From: Adineta vaga
Lineage: Eukaryota > Animalia > Rotifera
Assembly: GCA_021613535.1 (NCBI GenBank)
Contig: CP075497.1
Location: 4,712,001 to 4,776,000 of the forward strand
DNA: 64,000 bases
Direction: 5' to 3'
Shown here: positions 1 to 12,817 of the stretch, one piece after another
How positions within the stretch are numbered: position 1 is the first letter of the stretch
Layout of the letters: each line of letters opens with the position of its first letter
Translations under genes and position numbers: made by a program
The notes under the pieces: generated by a model
Seen by the model: only the letters and a program-made list of their open reading frames with translations
Told to the model about the DNA's origin: nothing
Database searches by the model: none

Positions 1-184
1 AACATAGGATGGTGTTGTTCGGTTACCTTGATCATTTGCAATAATTTCAACTTTACCATGTTGGAAGATACCAACGCACTAAAACAAATAATTATCGTTA
101 AAATAACTTTCTTTTTTACTTATAAAACAATGTATAACTTACGGAGTACGTTGTGCCTAAATCAATACCAATAGCGCGAGCCAT
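1..184 (-). CDS. HSP70: Cytosolic Hsp70/Hsc70, 5' part (runs off window start)
   Basis: Exon 184-143 MARAIGIDLGTTYS, GT-AG intron 142-79, exon 78-1 CVGIFQHGKVEIIANDQGNRTTPSYV, the Hsp70 N-terminal signature. Not in the ORF track. Confidence 0.97.
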
Positions 185-280
185 TTTTGTTTAAATGTAG
201 GTAGTAGGAAACGTTGAATTAGAGAGAAGGTATAAAAATTTCGAATAACAGACAATGTAAAAGTCGCTTTGTGTATAGTC

Positions 281-334
281 TTTATATAGGGTATAGAAAT
301 TTTCTTTCTGGTATAGTCGAGAACTTTCTCGAAG
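281..334 (-). promoter_or_regulatory. Hsp70 promoter: TATA box plus heat-shock element
   Basis: TATATAAA on the minus strand at 288-281. Perfect three-unit HSE aGAAc-tTTCt-cGAAg at 320-334. A further two-unit GAAtgTTC lies at 389-396. Confidence 0.8.
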
Positions 335-704
335 AACAGAGTAGAAGGAGAGAACGAAAAAGAAAAAAAAGGAAGAGAAGAGAATCAAGAATGTTCTCCA
401 ACATGGCCGATCAGTGAGTACAAAAAAAATAAGTTTTCTTTTGGTTTATTCCAGTGACACATCGAGTAAAAAATTTCCGTTTTTTTTCAGTCAAAATTAT
501 TTTCATATAAGTAGAATTTTTGAGACTTTTCGAAAAATAATACATTGAAATGATAGCGAGCGGCATCTGTCCGAACTATTCTTTTCTTTTTCTTCATAGA
601 TTATTGATTTCATTGAATAAAGCTGCATAAAAATACAAAACATCAATAAATTACAAAACAATATTTAAAAATTCTTGTCTTTTTTTCAAAATCTTTCATC
701 CTGT

Positions 705-1346
705 TTAATCTTTCGGTGGATAATGACATTCAAATGGCGATAAAACACTTCGAATTGCATTATTTTGTAAACAACCATTGATAAATTCTTCTTTCGATAA
801 AGATTGATTATGATCAAGATCTAATGTACGAAACATATCATAAGCAACACAGTCTGGTGACATTTGATTCATTCGATGAGTTATTGTAAAAAGTTTCTTT
901 AAAATATCAATCATTTCATTTATTTCAATTGTTTGAGATTGATCTTTATCAAATAATGAAAATGTATAATGTAATTTTTCGATAGGTTCACCACTGGATG
1001 TTAATGCATAAGCAATAAGAAATTCTTTAAAATCAATTCGTTGATTTCCTAGAAACAAAATATCAAATATTGCTTTATTGAAAATTAAATACAACAAACC
1101 ATTATGATCAAATGCTTGAAAAACATTCTCAGCAATACCTTCCACATTTTTTGTTGAAGAATTTTCTAATTCTTTATAAAATTTAACGAATTGACTTTTA
1201 TTCAATTGACCATTTGGACATAGAGCAACAAATTCTCGATACCAACCTTGAATAACATGAGGTGTTAGATGTGTTTGTTTCATTATATATCGATAATCAT
1301 TCAATGATAGATCTTCTTCCATTTGATGTGGATGATGATTACCCAT
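705..1346 (-). CDS. Neuronal calcium sensor (recoverin/hippocalcin/NCS-1 family) EF-hand protein
   Basis: MGN N-terminus, WYREF..CPNGQL EF1 motif and three EF loops. An in-frame 51-nt intron at 1099-1049 explains the LLYLIFNK... insert in the ORF track. Confidence 0.9.
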   Translation of the reverse strand: MGNHHPHQMEEDLSLNDYRYIMKQTHLTPHVIQGWYREFVALCPNGQLNKSQFVKFYKELENSSTKNVEGIAENVFQAFDHNGLLYLIFNKAIFDILFLGNQRIDFKEFLIAYALTSSGEPIEKLHYTFSLFDKDQSQTIEINEMIDILKKLFTITHRMNQMSPDCVAYDMFRTLDLDHNQSLSKEEFINGCLQNNAIRSVLSPFECHYPPKD

Positions 1347-2615
1347 CGTTATTATTTCACGTTGAAAACTTTGTTAATTCACAACAGAATGTATTAATCG
1401 GTTATGATCTTTATTAGTTAACTTGTCGGTTGATATACTTGTCTTTTTCAAGTTTATGTCTTCTATTAAATCTCACAAATAATAGAAAACTATGAAACGC
1501 CTCGTATGACAGCAGGAGAAAGAAAGAAGGCAAACAAGAAGATTGAACGAAGAAAAACATGGATTTTATTAATAAAATCTTTCTATAGTATGTTGGAGAT
1601 GAGAGAAAAAAATCTTACCACTTATTCAGCTTAGTCTTATTTCAATAGACGTCATATTACGAACTAGCAAAAAATGATCTTTAAATGTTCTAATGAACAC
1701 ATAAATAACCTTTATCGTTTCATATTTCCCACGTAATATTGAAAGAAAATGCAGTGCAGATGATGAAAGTTTCAAACAATGACGTTAGTTCTAAATATTT
1801 GTTTTATTTTATCAAAAAAACATTTTTGAAACACATTTATCCTACCTACTCAGGAAGTTTGAGATAAGCACAAGTGTTAATCTAGCTGAGCAAAATTACT
1901 AGTTTTATTTTAGAAATATACTTATTATTGTGCTTATTGCGTGTGTCAAAGCAGAGGTGTACTTTTCTCAACGTGTGATGCTTTTACAACACGATGAAAA
2001 TAGAATAACGGAAGAAAATAACATGAAAAATAAATATATGTATGTGTATAGATTAAGAAAATTTTAAGCACATTTTTGCTTCGTAAAAAAGATATCTACA
2101 TCGAACTTTGAATATATATATATATCATAAATGAGAATAAAATTTGTTCTCAATAATAGTAATATAATATTGGTGTTGTTTATACTAAATAAACTTCATT
2201 ATAAACCAATAAATCGTTTGATGTCAATTGATCATCTAATCAATGCATAAAGAAAGTGTCTATGATCGATGATGTTCTTGAATTAGACGACTTAGTATAA
2301 ATAATCATCAGTTATATCCTTGAGAAACAATGAACCGATCATTGAATATAGTCCATGAGACGAGTAATATGTAATAGACATAATCATTGCGGCTTTAACG
2401 TGTCAAAAAGACAGATGAGGGATAGACATGCAGGGTCAAAATTGAATCAAATCATTTGTACAATCTCCTTGATCATTATGCATATCATTTCCTTTCTTTT
2501 TCTCTTTAGTACTGCTTTACAAAAGAAGATTTCAAATAGAAAAATGAGATTCATTACTAAACATAATCTGTCTCTCTCTGTCCCTCTGTTACATCGATCT
2601 ATTATATTTCCAATG

Positions 2616-2616
<1 letters not shown>

Positions 2617-2646
<30 letters not shown>
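2617..2646. repeat. Compound (TA)n(GA)n microsatellite
   Basis: Direct reading of the sequence. Confidence 0.85.
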
Positions 2647-2908
2647 CGTGTTTGTATTTTCATAGATTATGTTTCTTTTACAAGGTTAGGAATATTTTAA
2701 CACCCATGGTTCTTTTTCACCTTCAGCAAAAAAAACCAGTCAGCCGTATTTAAGAATGATACACAGAGTGATTATCATTGATAATAAATCTTTTTTCTTT
2801 ATATAGACGTTACGACTTATTAACGAGTTGTAAAGAAAAATAACTAATATACTTGAGTCGTAATATCTGTTTATGCAGAAGAGAGAAACGATTTGGTTTC
2901 ATTAGCAT

Positions 2909-4864
2909 ATGGGGTGCAACAACGGTAAACAAAATGATGAGAAGGGAAATAATAACAATAAGCAATCAACAATTAAAAGAGTATTACGTTTTCCAAAACG
3001 TCGAACAACGAATACGAATCGACCATTGAGTTATACAGAAGCCACACCCCCGAATGATAATTATGATATCCCTATACGACCAGTATCAATGTTTGGTAAT
3101 CTTGAAATAAGTAAGATTATTGATTTGATATATCATTTAGTAAGAAAACGAATTTCTATGTTTATAGAGGAAACATCACTAAATGATTTTGATCATCAAC
3201 ATCAGTTGATACCTGATATAGATCAATCATCTCGTTCAATATCAAATGAATCACTTCGAACTAGTAATAAATCTTAATTCTATTTAAATTACTAATTTTC
3301 TTTTTTTCTTAATCGTAGATTTATCAGAACAGGATCGAACAAGTCTTACTTCACATTCTGAACAAACTTATGAAATAGAAGTCAATCTAATAATCATCAA
3401 CAAGTAGGTAAGTCACACATTTCTATTCAGATATAATTATTTATTTTCTAAATCAATTGGATTTCCAGTTCTGATGATATTATTCCTGAAGTATTTGATG
3501 AAAACAATTGGAAATATTACATTCCATTAACATTAGAAAAGATTTCTTCAATATCTTTCTTAAAAGATCTTATTTATTCAAAAATCAATAAAGAATTTCT
3601 TCATATATTAGATCGTTTAATTCGATATGAAAAATCGGATGAAAATGATGAATTTCTCGAATGGTTCCTTGATGAATTAGAATATTTCATGTCTTCCTGT
3701 GATACTGAACAAAATTATGAACACAGATCTTTACTTATCCGTTCAATAGAACAAGAAAGATATGAATGTTTAAAATATCTCTTTGATCATCAATTATTAC
3801 AAAGTAAACTTGATATAAATTTAATCAATGATCAAGGTCGTCATTGTTTATTAATGCTTGCACATAGAAATGGTCCCATTGATATAATTGAATATTTATT
3901 AACCCGTCATTTACCATGTCTTGATACGAATAAACTCGATTTGAATACATTTAATTCTTTACATCATGCTTGTCGAAATTTTAATTTATCAATCAGTGAA
4001 TTATTACTTCCATATACAAATAGAAAATCTTTACAAATCGAAAATTCTGAATTACATACGCCACTTGATTACTGGATTGAATGTCTATGTTCATTGAAAA
4101 AACTCAAACCTACACATATACAATATTATTCCGATTCACTTCGTCTTGATTACTTACTGAATGATACGGATTATCATTCGAATGTTTTCTTTTTTCAGAC
4201 ATTAATTAATCATGGTGGTCAATTAACAAAAATTCCATTACGTTATATACGTTCTATTTTACCACAATTAACTTTCGAACAAAAATTAGCTTATGTCGAT
4301 CATCATGTGAATCTTTGTTGTACTCTATATAAGAATCGTTTATCATCATTAATACATAATTATGATAATTTTAAGATTAGTATACAAGCTGGAGAGATTC
4401 TAACTGAATTTATTTATGCTTTAGGTACTGTACAACTTGAAGTACAAAATCGTTTAGCTGCACATGTATATTCGAATGTTTATGAAACGAATAATTCATA
4501 TAAATGTGAAGAAAATCCAGTAAAAAGCAAAGAACATGAAGTATTACAGACAACAATGCGTCTATTATATTTTAAATTCTTTCGTTTATTTCAATGTATT
4601 TATAATAATCCAGATGTAAATGTAAAGAATTTTCATTTTGAACATATTTTTCGTCGAGTTTGGGTTTATTGGAAGGAACCTGTTCGAGCATTCATTGCAC
4701 AATGTAAAGAAAAAAATTTGTCTTTAAAATCAATCTGTCGAATTGTCATATTTAAACGATTATGTCATTATCCAGCGGATATTCAATATTTACCAATAAA
4801 TCCGTTTTTAAAACAATTTCTTACTTTTGATAATCAGTTTTTTGTTCTTCAAAGAAAATATTGA
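2909..4864 (+). CDS. Ankyrin-repeat and SOCS-box (ASB-like) protein with MGC lipidation motif
   Basis: Four exons. Ankyrin-like repeats (GRHCLLMLAH..IIEYLL, NSLHHAC..ISELLL, HTPLDY) and a C-terminal SOCS box LSLKSICRIVI..IQYLPINPFLKQFL. Confidence 0.75.
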
Positions 4865-5241
4865 TTCAAAACAAGAATTACGTTATATTTTTTTTTTCAT
4901 AGTTTTATATCGTAAATAAAAACAAACACTTCGTTATCGTTAGTTATTCTCATTAAACTGTAAAAGATCGAATAAACTATCGTGAATGAATCTTGATATG
5001 AGTTGAAAAATCGCAACAATGATATCTACATATCATTTAAATTTATCTAATATTATAAAGTATATCTAAGAGATTCATTACACTCTAGCAGATGTCACTC
5101 GACTTCAATAGAGTAATAACTGAGGCGAAGTATACGAGAATCATGGCGATAACAAACGAAAATAGAAGTTATTTTAAATTTCGATCATCACGATTACGAA
5201 AATAAAAGTCAAGTCAGATTATTAATTGATAATTAACGAGA

Positions 5242-7827
5242 ATGAAAAAAGGTTCAGTATTTGCAAACAAGAAAGGTCCTTTAGGAAATACATTGGGTAC
5301 ACCAGTAAATAGTTCATCAACATCATCATCTCTATTCGATAGTAGTCTTCAACAACAGAATCGAAATTGGCAAGCTACACCGACTAATACACGTCGACTA
5401 CCTCCATTTCATGCTCAACAATTATTACATCCATCGAATTCTTCGACAAGTATTCGAACCTATCCTATGATTCCAACGACTGCAATCACATCAAATACAC
5501 CAAATTCAAGTGTAATCAGTCGAACTAAACCAAGTACATTACAAGGTCTTGTCGAAAATCTTAATGAAGTAATAAAAATCGTTGATCTTTTTAAAAATAT
5601 CTTTATTATTCTATTGATATTCATAGTTACTTGCTGAATTAGCCATTTCTCATTGCATACGTCACGAAACAAAATATGGATTTGAAGATATTCTTACTGT
5701 TCTTGATGTATGCATCTCTTCTTTTTCTAATCTTTATTATTTCAATCAATCTTTTAGTATTTAGCAAATCCGTCTCGATATGAAAGTGAACGTTTTCAAC
5801 CATTTCCTCCTCCTCCTCAACCCACGAAACTGGGTGGAAAAGTTTCATTAACAGATCGTTGGGCATATTTAAAACATGTTCTTCTTACCTATCGTCTGTC
5901 TACAACTGAACAATTAGCACGTATTAAACCAGATCGTACAATGTCCAATGAACATATTATGATTATGTTTGAATTATTGATACAATTAACTACATGTATT
6001 ATTAAAAGTGAACGAGAACAACAACGTATTTCAGAAAATAATTATCTACGAGAATTTAAATTATTAATGAGACAAATGTTTTGGATTGGACGACATGATC
6101 CAGTTGTAATGGAAGAATCAATGTATGAATTGAGACATCATATCTATGCGAAGGATAATCTTGAAATTGTGGATAAATTAAAACATGAAAAACAAATGAA
6201 TGAAATGAATATCGAACGTGATCAGCTTAAACAACAAGTAGAAATCAAAGATTTTGTTTTTGTTATTGAATATAAATTGTTAACTGAATATATTTAGTTT
6301 GAATTATTGAAAACAACATTTAATGAACTCGATCATGAATGTACAACACTTACAACAACAAATGAAAATGATTCAGTTGAATTGACAAAGAAACAAGAAG
6401 AAATCTCAGATGAACAAGCTAAATTAGTTGAATTAACACAAATCGTTGAACAAAAAGGTAGTCAGAAGAATAAAATTCCTTACAAACATAATTCTAATAA
6501 TATATTCATCGATTAATAGAAATGGATAAGAAACATTTAACTGATCGTAATCAAACATTATCGGATCGATTATTTACTCAACAAACTGATGCAGAATTAC
6601 AACGTCATATTCGTTCAAATAGTGAACTGAAACAACAACATGAAGTTCTTCTTTCTACACTTTTTCTTGAACAACAACTGCATTCAACAGCAGCTAATGA
6701 ACATAAACGTCTTGTCAAAGAAGTAATTAGAATTTATTTGTCGAAATATTGAATTAGTTTGTTTCAGTTACAAGAATCACTTGCTAAATATCAAATATTA
6801 TTGAGTGCTTACAAACACAAAGCACCTCGTCCACCACCCTCAGCTGTTGATTTTGATTTATGTGATATTATTGGTGATACAACATCGAATATCGATAATG
6901 ATTCTGTCAAACAAGCTCAAATAGTTATTGAAAATTTAACGAAAGAAATTACAACGCAAGAAATTGCATTGACACAACGTCATCATGATCTTGAACAAGA
7001 GTCGAAGACAGTATGGTTTTCTTTCGAATTATGATGAATAGAGAATTCGTTTCTTTTTTTTTCATTCAACATTTAGAAAATAGAAGAACTTCAATCTGCT
7101 GAACGTGAATGGAAAGCAGCTGCAAAAAATGGTCAACGTCGAGCAGCTCAACAAAATGAATTAAGTCGTTTTCAACAAGAAATTCGTTTAATTCGAACAA
7201 AACTTCTCGATATTGAACGACGAATTGAAGAGAAAAAAGCATCAACTATTGAATTAAAGAAGGATTGTGAACGAGTATGTTCCTTGTTTTCTATTACAAT
7301 TCTTTCATTATCTATCGTTTTAGATCAAATCGGGTATCGTCGAATTAATCTCACGATTCGAAATCTTAGAAACAAATTATCTTAATAAAGAAGACGAAAT
7401 TCGTCAAGAATTATCATGGTTCATATTTGATCAAACTCAACTTGCGAAAACTTTTCGACGTGATGTCGAGGAATTAAAACGTGTGCAACAAGAACATATG
7501 TCGAAATTAGAAATGCATTCAGTAATAGCATCATTTGATGAACTAATTCAACAACAAATTAATAAATATTATCATTTTCAACATGGTGATGATGAAGAAG
7601 AAGAAGATGAAGATGATTGTATGGATAAATCAGAGAAATTAATGAAAAACTTTGATAAATCACATGACGAACATGTTTCATGGTTGAAAAAGAAAAAGAA
7701 AAATGCGAAAATTACTGGTCCAATTGTCGAACGATTTCGTATGTTTAACAATTGAAGACTTTCAAATCATTATTAAATCTATTTTATTTTAGAGGAAATC
7801 TATGATCATCTACCAATGATTCAATAA
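5242..7827 (+). CDS. Long coiled-coil protein with S/T-rich N-tail; possibly a divergent Ndc80/HEC1
   Basis: Multiple exons join in frame through GT-AG introns to TAA at 7827. Disordered basic N-tail, then a small helical domain, then long heptad-rich coiled coil. The gene model is solid; the identity is tentative. Confidence 0.55.
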
Positions 7828-7982
7828 ATCTTTTCTTTTTTTTTTCTTAAATATTTATGTATTCTCAATTATTATGTCAGATGAATGAATTTATTTTTCT
7901 GTTTTTATAATATATTATATACACAGAATTCAAAGAGTTAATTTTAATATCATTTTTTCTAGATTCTTCGAGAAATAAAACT

Positions 7983-10909
7983 ATGACAGAATTAACTTTC
8001 GCAGTTGTAACAGGTATTTACAGGTTTCATGATTGCGTTGTATTCTTGAAACAGTAATAGTAATTTACAATGATTCTAGCAGCATAATTTCATTTTCATT
8101 CTATCGATCGATATTTCGATACATCTTTATCTATTTCAGTGAGTACCTCTTGTTATGAAGATCCAATTCGAGATCAGTCAGGACCAGCACTTATTAAATA
8201 TATGGCAGAGAAACCGAATGATACGTATGTTATTTAATTCAAGTTTGCATAGTTAATTATTTGTTTATTTATTCAGTGTACACTGGATACATCTAGCATC
8301 TACCGTTGTGCCTGATAATCAGAATCATCTTAAAGTATGTTAGAGAATTTATTGCATTACATCAGATTTCACTTGTTGACTTTGATAGGAAACATTATTT
8401 AAATTATGTGATGAATTAGTTCCAAGTTTAATTTTGACAACTGGTGGAACAGGAATAAGTCCCGATGATGTTACACCGGAAGTAAGTTTCTTGTTTCAAT
8501 CTATTGTCCTTCACTGGCAACATATCTTAGGCTACACGTGAAGTTATTACAAAGGAGATTCCTGGTATGTCACAAACAATGATATCTAAATCATTGGCAA
8601 TTACTCCAATGGCAATGATTTCAAGGTAGAATTTATTTGAAATGTTTTCTCTTTCTTTGATTTGAATTATGCATCTATCCAGGCCAGTATGTGGAATATA
8701 TCAGAAAACATTGATAATTAATTTACCAGGCAGTAGTAAAGGATGTGTCGTATGTATTGTTTATTATTATTATTATAGTTTGTTTTTCTTTATTTTGTTT
8801 GTTTTTTTTAAAGGAATGTTTAGATTTTGTTTATCCCATTCTTCGACATGCAATTGATTTAATACAAGATAAACGTACCGAAGTTTCTGTTACACATTCA
8901 TTAATGCAACAAAAAGTTCGAAAAGTTTTACTTCAATATAAAATCGTAGTTTAAGAGAGAAAACTTTTTCTTTTATAGACGGAGAGAAAACATCATTCTT
9001 GTGGTGAACATTATCATTATCATCATCATCATGGTAAAGTCTTATCAATAAGGAATTTTTAGAAGACTTCATTTCATATATCATAGCTGAGACAAGAAAA
9101 AAAGGTGAACGCTTACGTCAATCACCATTTCCAATGATACCTGTAGATGATGCAATGAAAATTATTTTCGAACAAGCTAAGAAAATGCCTATAATTGACA
9201 AATCTCTAACTGGTAAATATCCTTGATATGATCTATGTTTACAAAAATCGTCCTATTCCATATTTACGAAATAAAAATCTGATTTAGAATGTTTGAATTA
9301 TATTTGTGCTGAAGAAATTGTTGCTAAAGAACCCGTTCCATCTTTTCGAGCGTCTGTTAAAGATGGATATGCAGTGCGTTTATACTCCGATCGATCTCAT
9401 GAACAGATCTATGAAATTATTGGACGGTCTGACGCTGGAGGTGACAATGTAAATTCAGAATCAAATCTCATCTATCTATTTATTCTCAACTAGTTATCTC
9501 TTTTCTAGAATAATGTTTCACTTAACGAAGGACAATGTGTTATCATCAATACAGGTGCTAAATTACCGGATTCAGCGAATGCTGTGATTCAAATTGAAGA
9601 TACTCAAGTACACGAATGGCATCCAAAGAAAATCAATGATACTAATGAGAAAAGTATTCGTATTCTAAGTGAATGCACTATGAATCAAGATATCAGGTTT
9701 GTACTAAAATTTTATATTACTCGAACAAAGAAATATGTACAATAGATGATTTGTATAGAGCTATTGGAGATGATGTTAATGTTGGTGAACTTGTTTTGGA
9801 AAAAAATACATTATTAGGACCTGCTGAATTAGGTTTACTTGCAACAGTTGGTCTACAAACAGTTCGAGTTTATGATAAACCACATGTAGTTATTCTTTCT
9901 ACTGGCAATGAAGTTAGTTTGGTTGACTTTGTTTGATTGAAAAGAAATTGAATAAGATTGTTTCCAGTTAATGCCAATTGATGCTCCATCAACAAATATA
10001 GGAAAGATTCGTGATAGTAATAAAATTATGCTGATGAGTGCAGTACAAGATTTAAATATTCCATATGTTGTTGATGGTGGTACAGCAACAGACGAGTATG
10101 TCTCTTGTTTTCTTTTATATTTTAAATTAAAATATATTTTATTTCTCTATTGAAGTGAAGCTTCAGTGATTCAAACATTGAAATCTGCTTTTGATATAGC
10201 TGATGTTGTTATATCCACCGGTGGAGTTTCGATGGGTGATAAGGTATTATATTTACGAAACAGATCATTTTTTGAAGTACATGTAAATGTAAGAATCATT
10301 CTAGGATCTATTGAAAACAATTCTAACTGAAAAATTCAATGCAACAATTCATTTCGGTCGTTTACAAATGAAACCGGGCAAACCAACAACTTTCGCAACA
10401 TGTGAAATAAATGGAAAGAAAAAATTATTCTTTGGTTTACCAGGTCTACTAAACAAGAAATTGTTCCTTTCATTCTATGATATTTTTTCTCAGGTAATCC
10501 TGTATCAGCTTTAGTCTCCTATTGGTTATTTGTTGTTCCAACACTTAAACACATGATAGGACATCAACAAGCACATTATCCAATCATTCGTGTTCAAGTA
10601 GAATTTATTTGACATGAAATCAGAAAATATCGAAATGTTCGTTTCTTATTTAAGCTTGATCAACCAATTGCATATCTTGATCCTCGACCTGAATATCTTC
10701 GTGTCATTATCGAATGGTCAACTCGATCTTCAATTCCAATTGCACGTATTATATCATCAAGTAATCAATGTAGTTCGCGGTTGCTTAGTGCTCGACGTTG
10801 TACAGGTCTTGTACGTTTACCAAGTAAAAATGATGTTGATTCATCATTTTTTAATATGAAATCTGATGGCAGTGGTCAACAAGTTGATTGTTTACTTTTA
10901 TCTTTATAA
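7983..10909 (+). CDS. GPHN: Gephyrin (MogA-like G domain plus MoeA-like E domain)
   Basis: [23 protein letters not shown] (G domain); [55 protein letters not shown] (E domain). Many short introns. Confidence 0.95.
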
Positions 10910-11150
10910 CGATTATTGTTGTTGTTGTAAGAGCGTGAAATGAAGAAGATAAATATTTGAAGAGGAAGATCTAGTATTATGAAATGAACAGAATATACAT
11001 TGGATCATGAAATCAAGAATACATATGTGAAGAACAAAAACGAAGATATGAATAAAAGAACTAAAGAGGAAGACATGAGTTCTCTAATAGTTGTATAAAA
11101 GAAAAACAAAAACAAAAGAATTGTTTCTTATTTCCTGAATAAGCTAATGA

Positions 11151-12817
11151 TTATGCAGATCGAAAACCACCAACTAATAATGATAAATATGCTGATAATG
11201 CATTGGTATTTAACATATTCATTGGATTGATTAATGCATTATTATTCATATTTGTATTTGCATTTGTATTGGAATATTTTAATCCTAATGGAAGGCGTGT
11301 TGGAGAAAGTTTATTTGAATTGAGGTAAATTGATGATAAACGTTGATGACTTGTCGATGTTGTTGGAGACTTTTTTAATCCCATGGTTTTTTTAATATTT
11401 TCTTCAAACAAAATTGTACCTTTTGATTTCGATAAATGAGTTGAATCTTCAAAACAACCACGAATTTCATGCGAAATATTTGAATGAGATATGATGAAAA
11501 CTTTCAATTCAGGTGATGCCATTGCTAAAATAGAAAAGTTGAAGAAGAAAAAAAAATATGAATAGAAGTTTGAATTCATTCAACCTTGTAATAAATTATT
11601 TAATTTTTCCGTCTTGATTCGACTTTCATCACTTGATTGACGAGGAAATATTAATGAAATATAAACTTCCGATTGTGGACTGAGAGTTTTGGTTGTAACA
11701 ATTAATTCTTTGATTTGTTCACTAACTTCTTGTTCACTTAATTTATCACGATTCAAATCATTTGCACCAATATGAAACATTCTTAAAGATTTGTATACAC
11801 ATGTATAAAATAACATAAATCAAAAATCACTCACATTTTCTTTGTACCAATAAAACGTGTTGTTTGAATGAATTCTAAAGCTTGTGCTACACGTTTTCCA
11901 CGCTAGAAATAAAAGCATAGAAAAAGAAGAAAGGATAATCTCTTTGATTTACCATTGTTTTAATATATGTTTTTCTTTCGGCATCGAATCGAGCTGGATC
12001 AAGATATTTCAATGTTGAATCACCGATAAGTACATTTTCGAATGTTAATGTACGTTCTGCTCGATATTTTAATGAATTTATTATGTTTGTTTTTCCATTC
12101 GAATTGTTATCCAAAAGAATATGATTATTATTTTGAGCCATTGTATAATTACAAATTGAACTATTCGATGATAATTCTAAAGAAGAGAGAAATCGATTTA
12201 CATGATTTTTTTTTCTTTATCATTACCGATATTTTCATTGTTAGTTGGTATGAAATCGATTGATGTTGTTGATTTCATTTGATCACTTATATTGCTTTTT
12301 GTTGATGTATATTGTTCGGAAACAGCAATTTCATTCAATCGTCTTTGAACGTATTCACAAATCTTTGATTCCATTGTATTTTCAAGATTTAATACTTCAT
12401 AAATAAGAAGTGTTAATTGTTGTCGAAGTTTCGCGCAATTTTCACAATGATTTGAATTCTTATTTATGGAATCACCTCCACCACTACCAACCGCGAGTGA
12501 CTGATGAGTTGCTAAACATGTGTCACCTGTCGCTGTAATTAATGGATCTTGTATAACATTGGCAAGAGCAGCATGCACTGCTTGACTCAAAGGCGAAGTT
12601 CCCTTTCCATGATTTGCTGATAATGATAGGTCTGAAAATAAAAGGAAACAATAGTTTATTCTAATTAATCGTATGCTGATTAGATGATATCTATATTTAT
12701 CTTACCTCGATGTCCTGCAAGAAAATTCTCGATTTGTTGATGTTCTTTTATGATCAAATTATTCGAAAATGTATTTAAATTCGTTTTATCATCGGATGAA
12801 TTAATATTCGTCGACAT
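11151..12817 (-). CDS. Coiled-coil plus SGNH/GDSL hydrolase-fold protein (LINE ORF1-esterase-like)
   Basis: Six exons from ATG 12817. CENC followed by coiled coil, then SGNH blocks LIGDST, MRGKRV, HIGAND and FEDSTHL. Confidence 0.75.

Noticed and set aside
3319-3410. Apparent premature stop in ASB-like exon 3 as a pseudogene sign
   Set aside because: The donor at 3404 removes it and restores the frame.
8990-9012. TGA within the gephyrin linker exon as possible selenocysteine
   Set aside because: It is out of frame; the exon reads GGT GAA.
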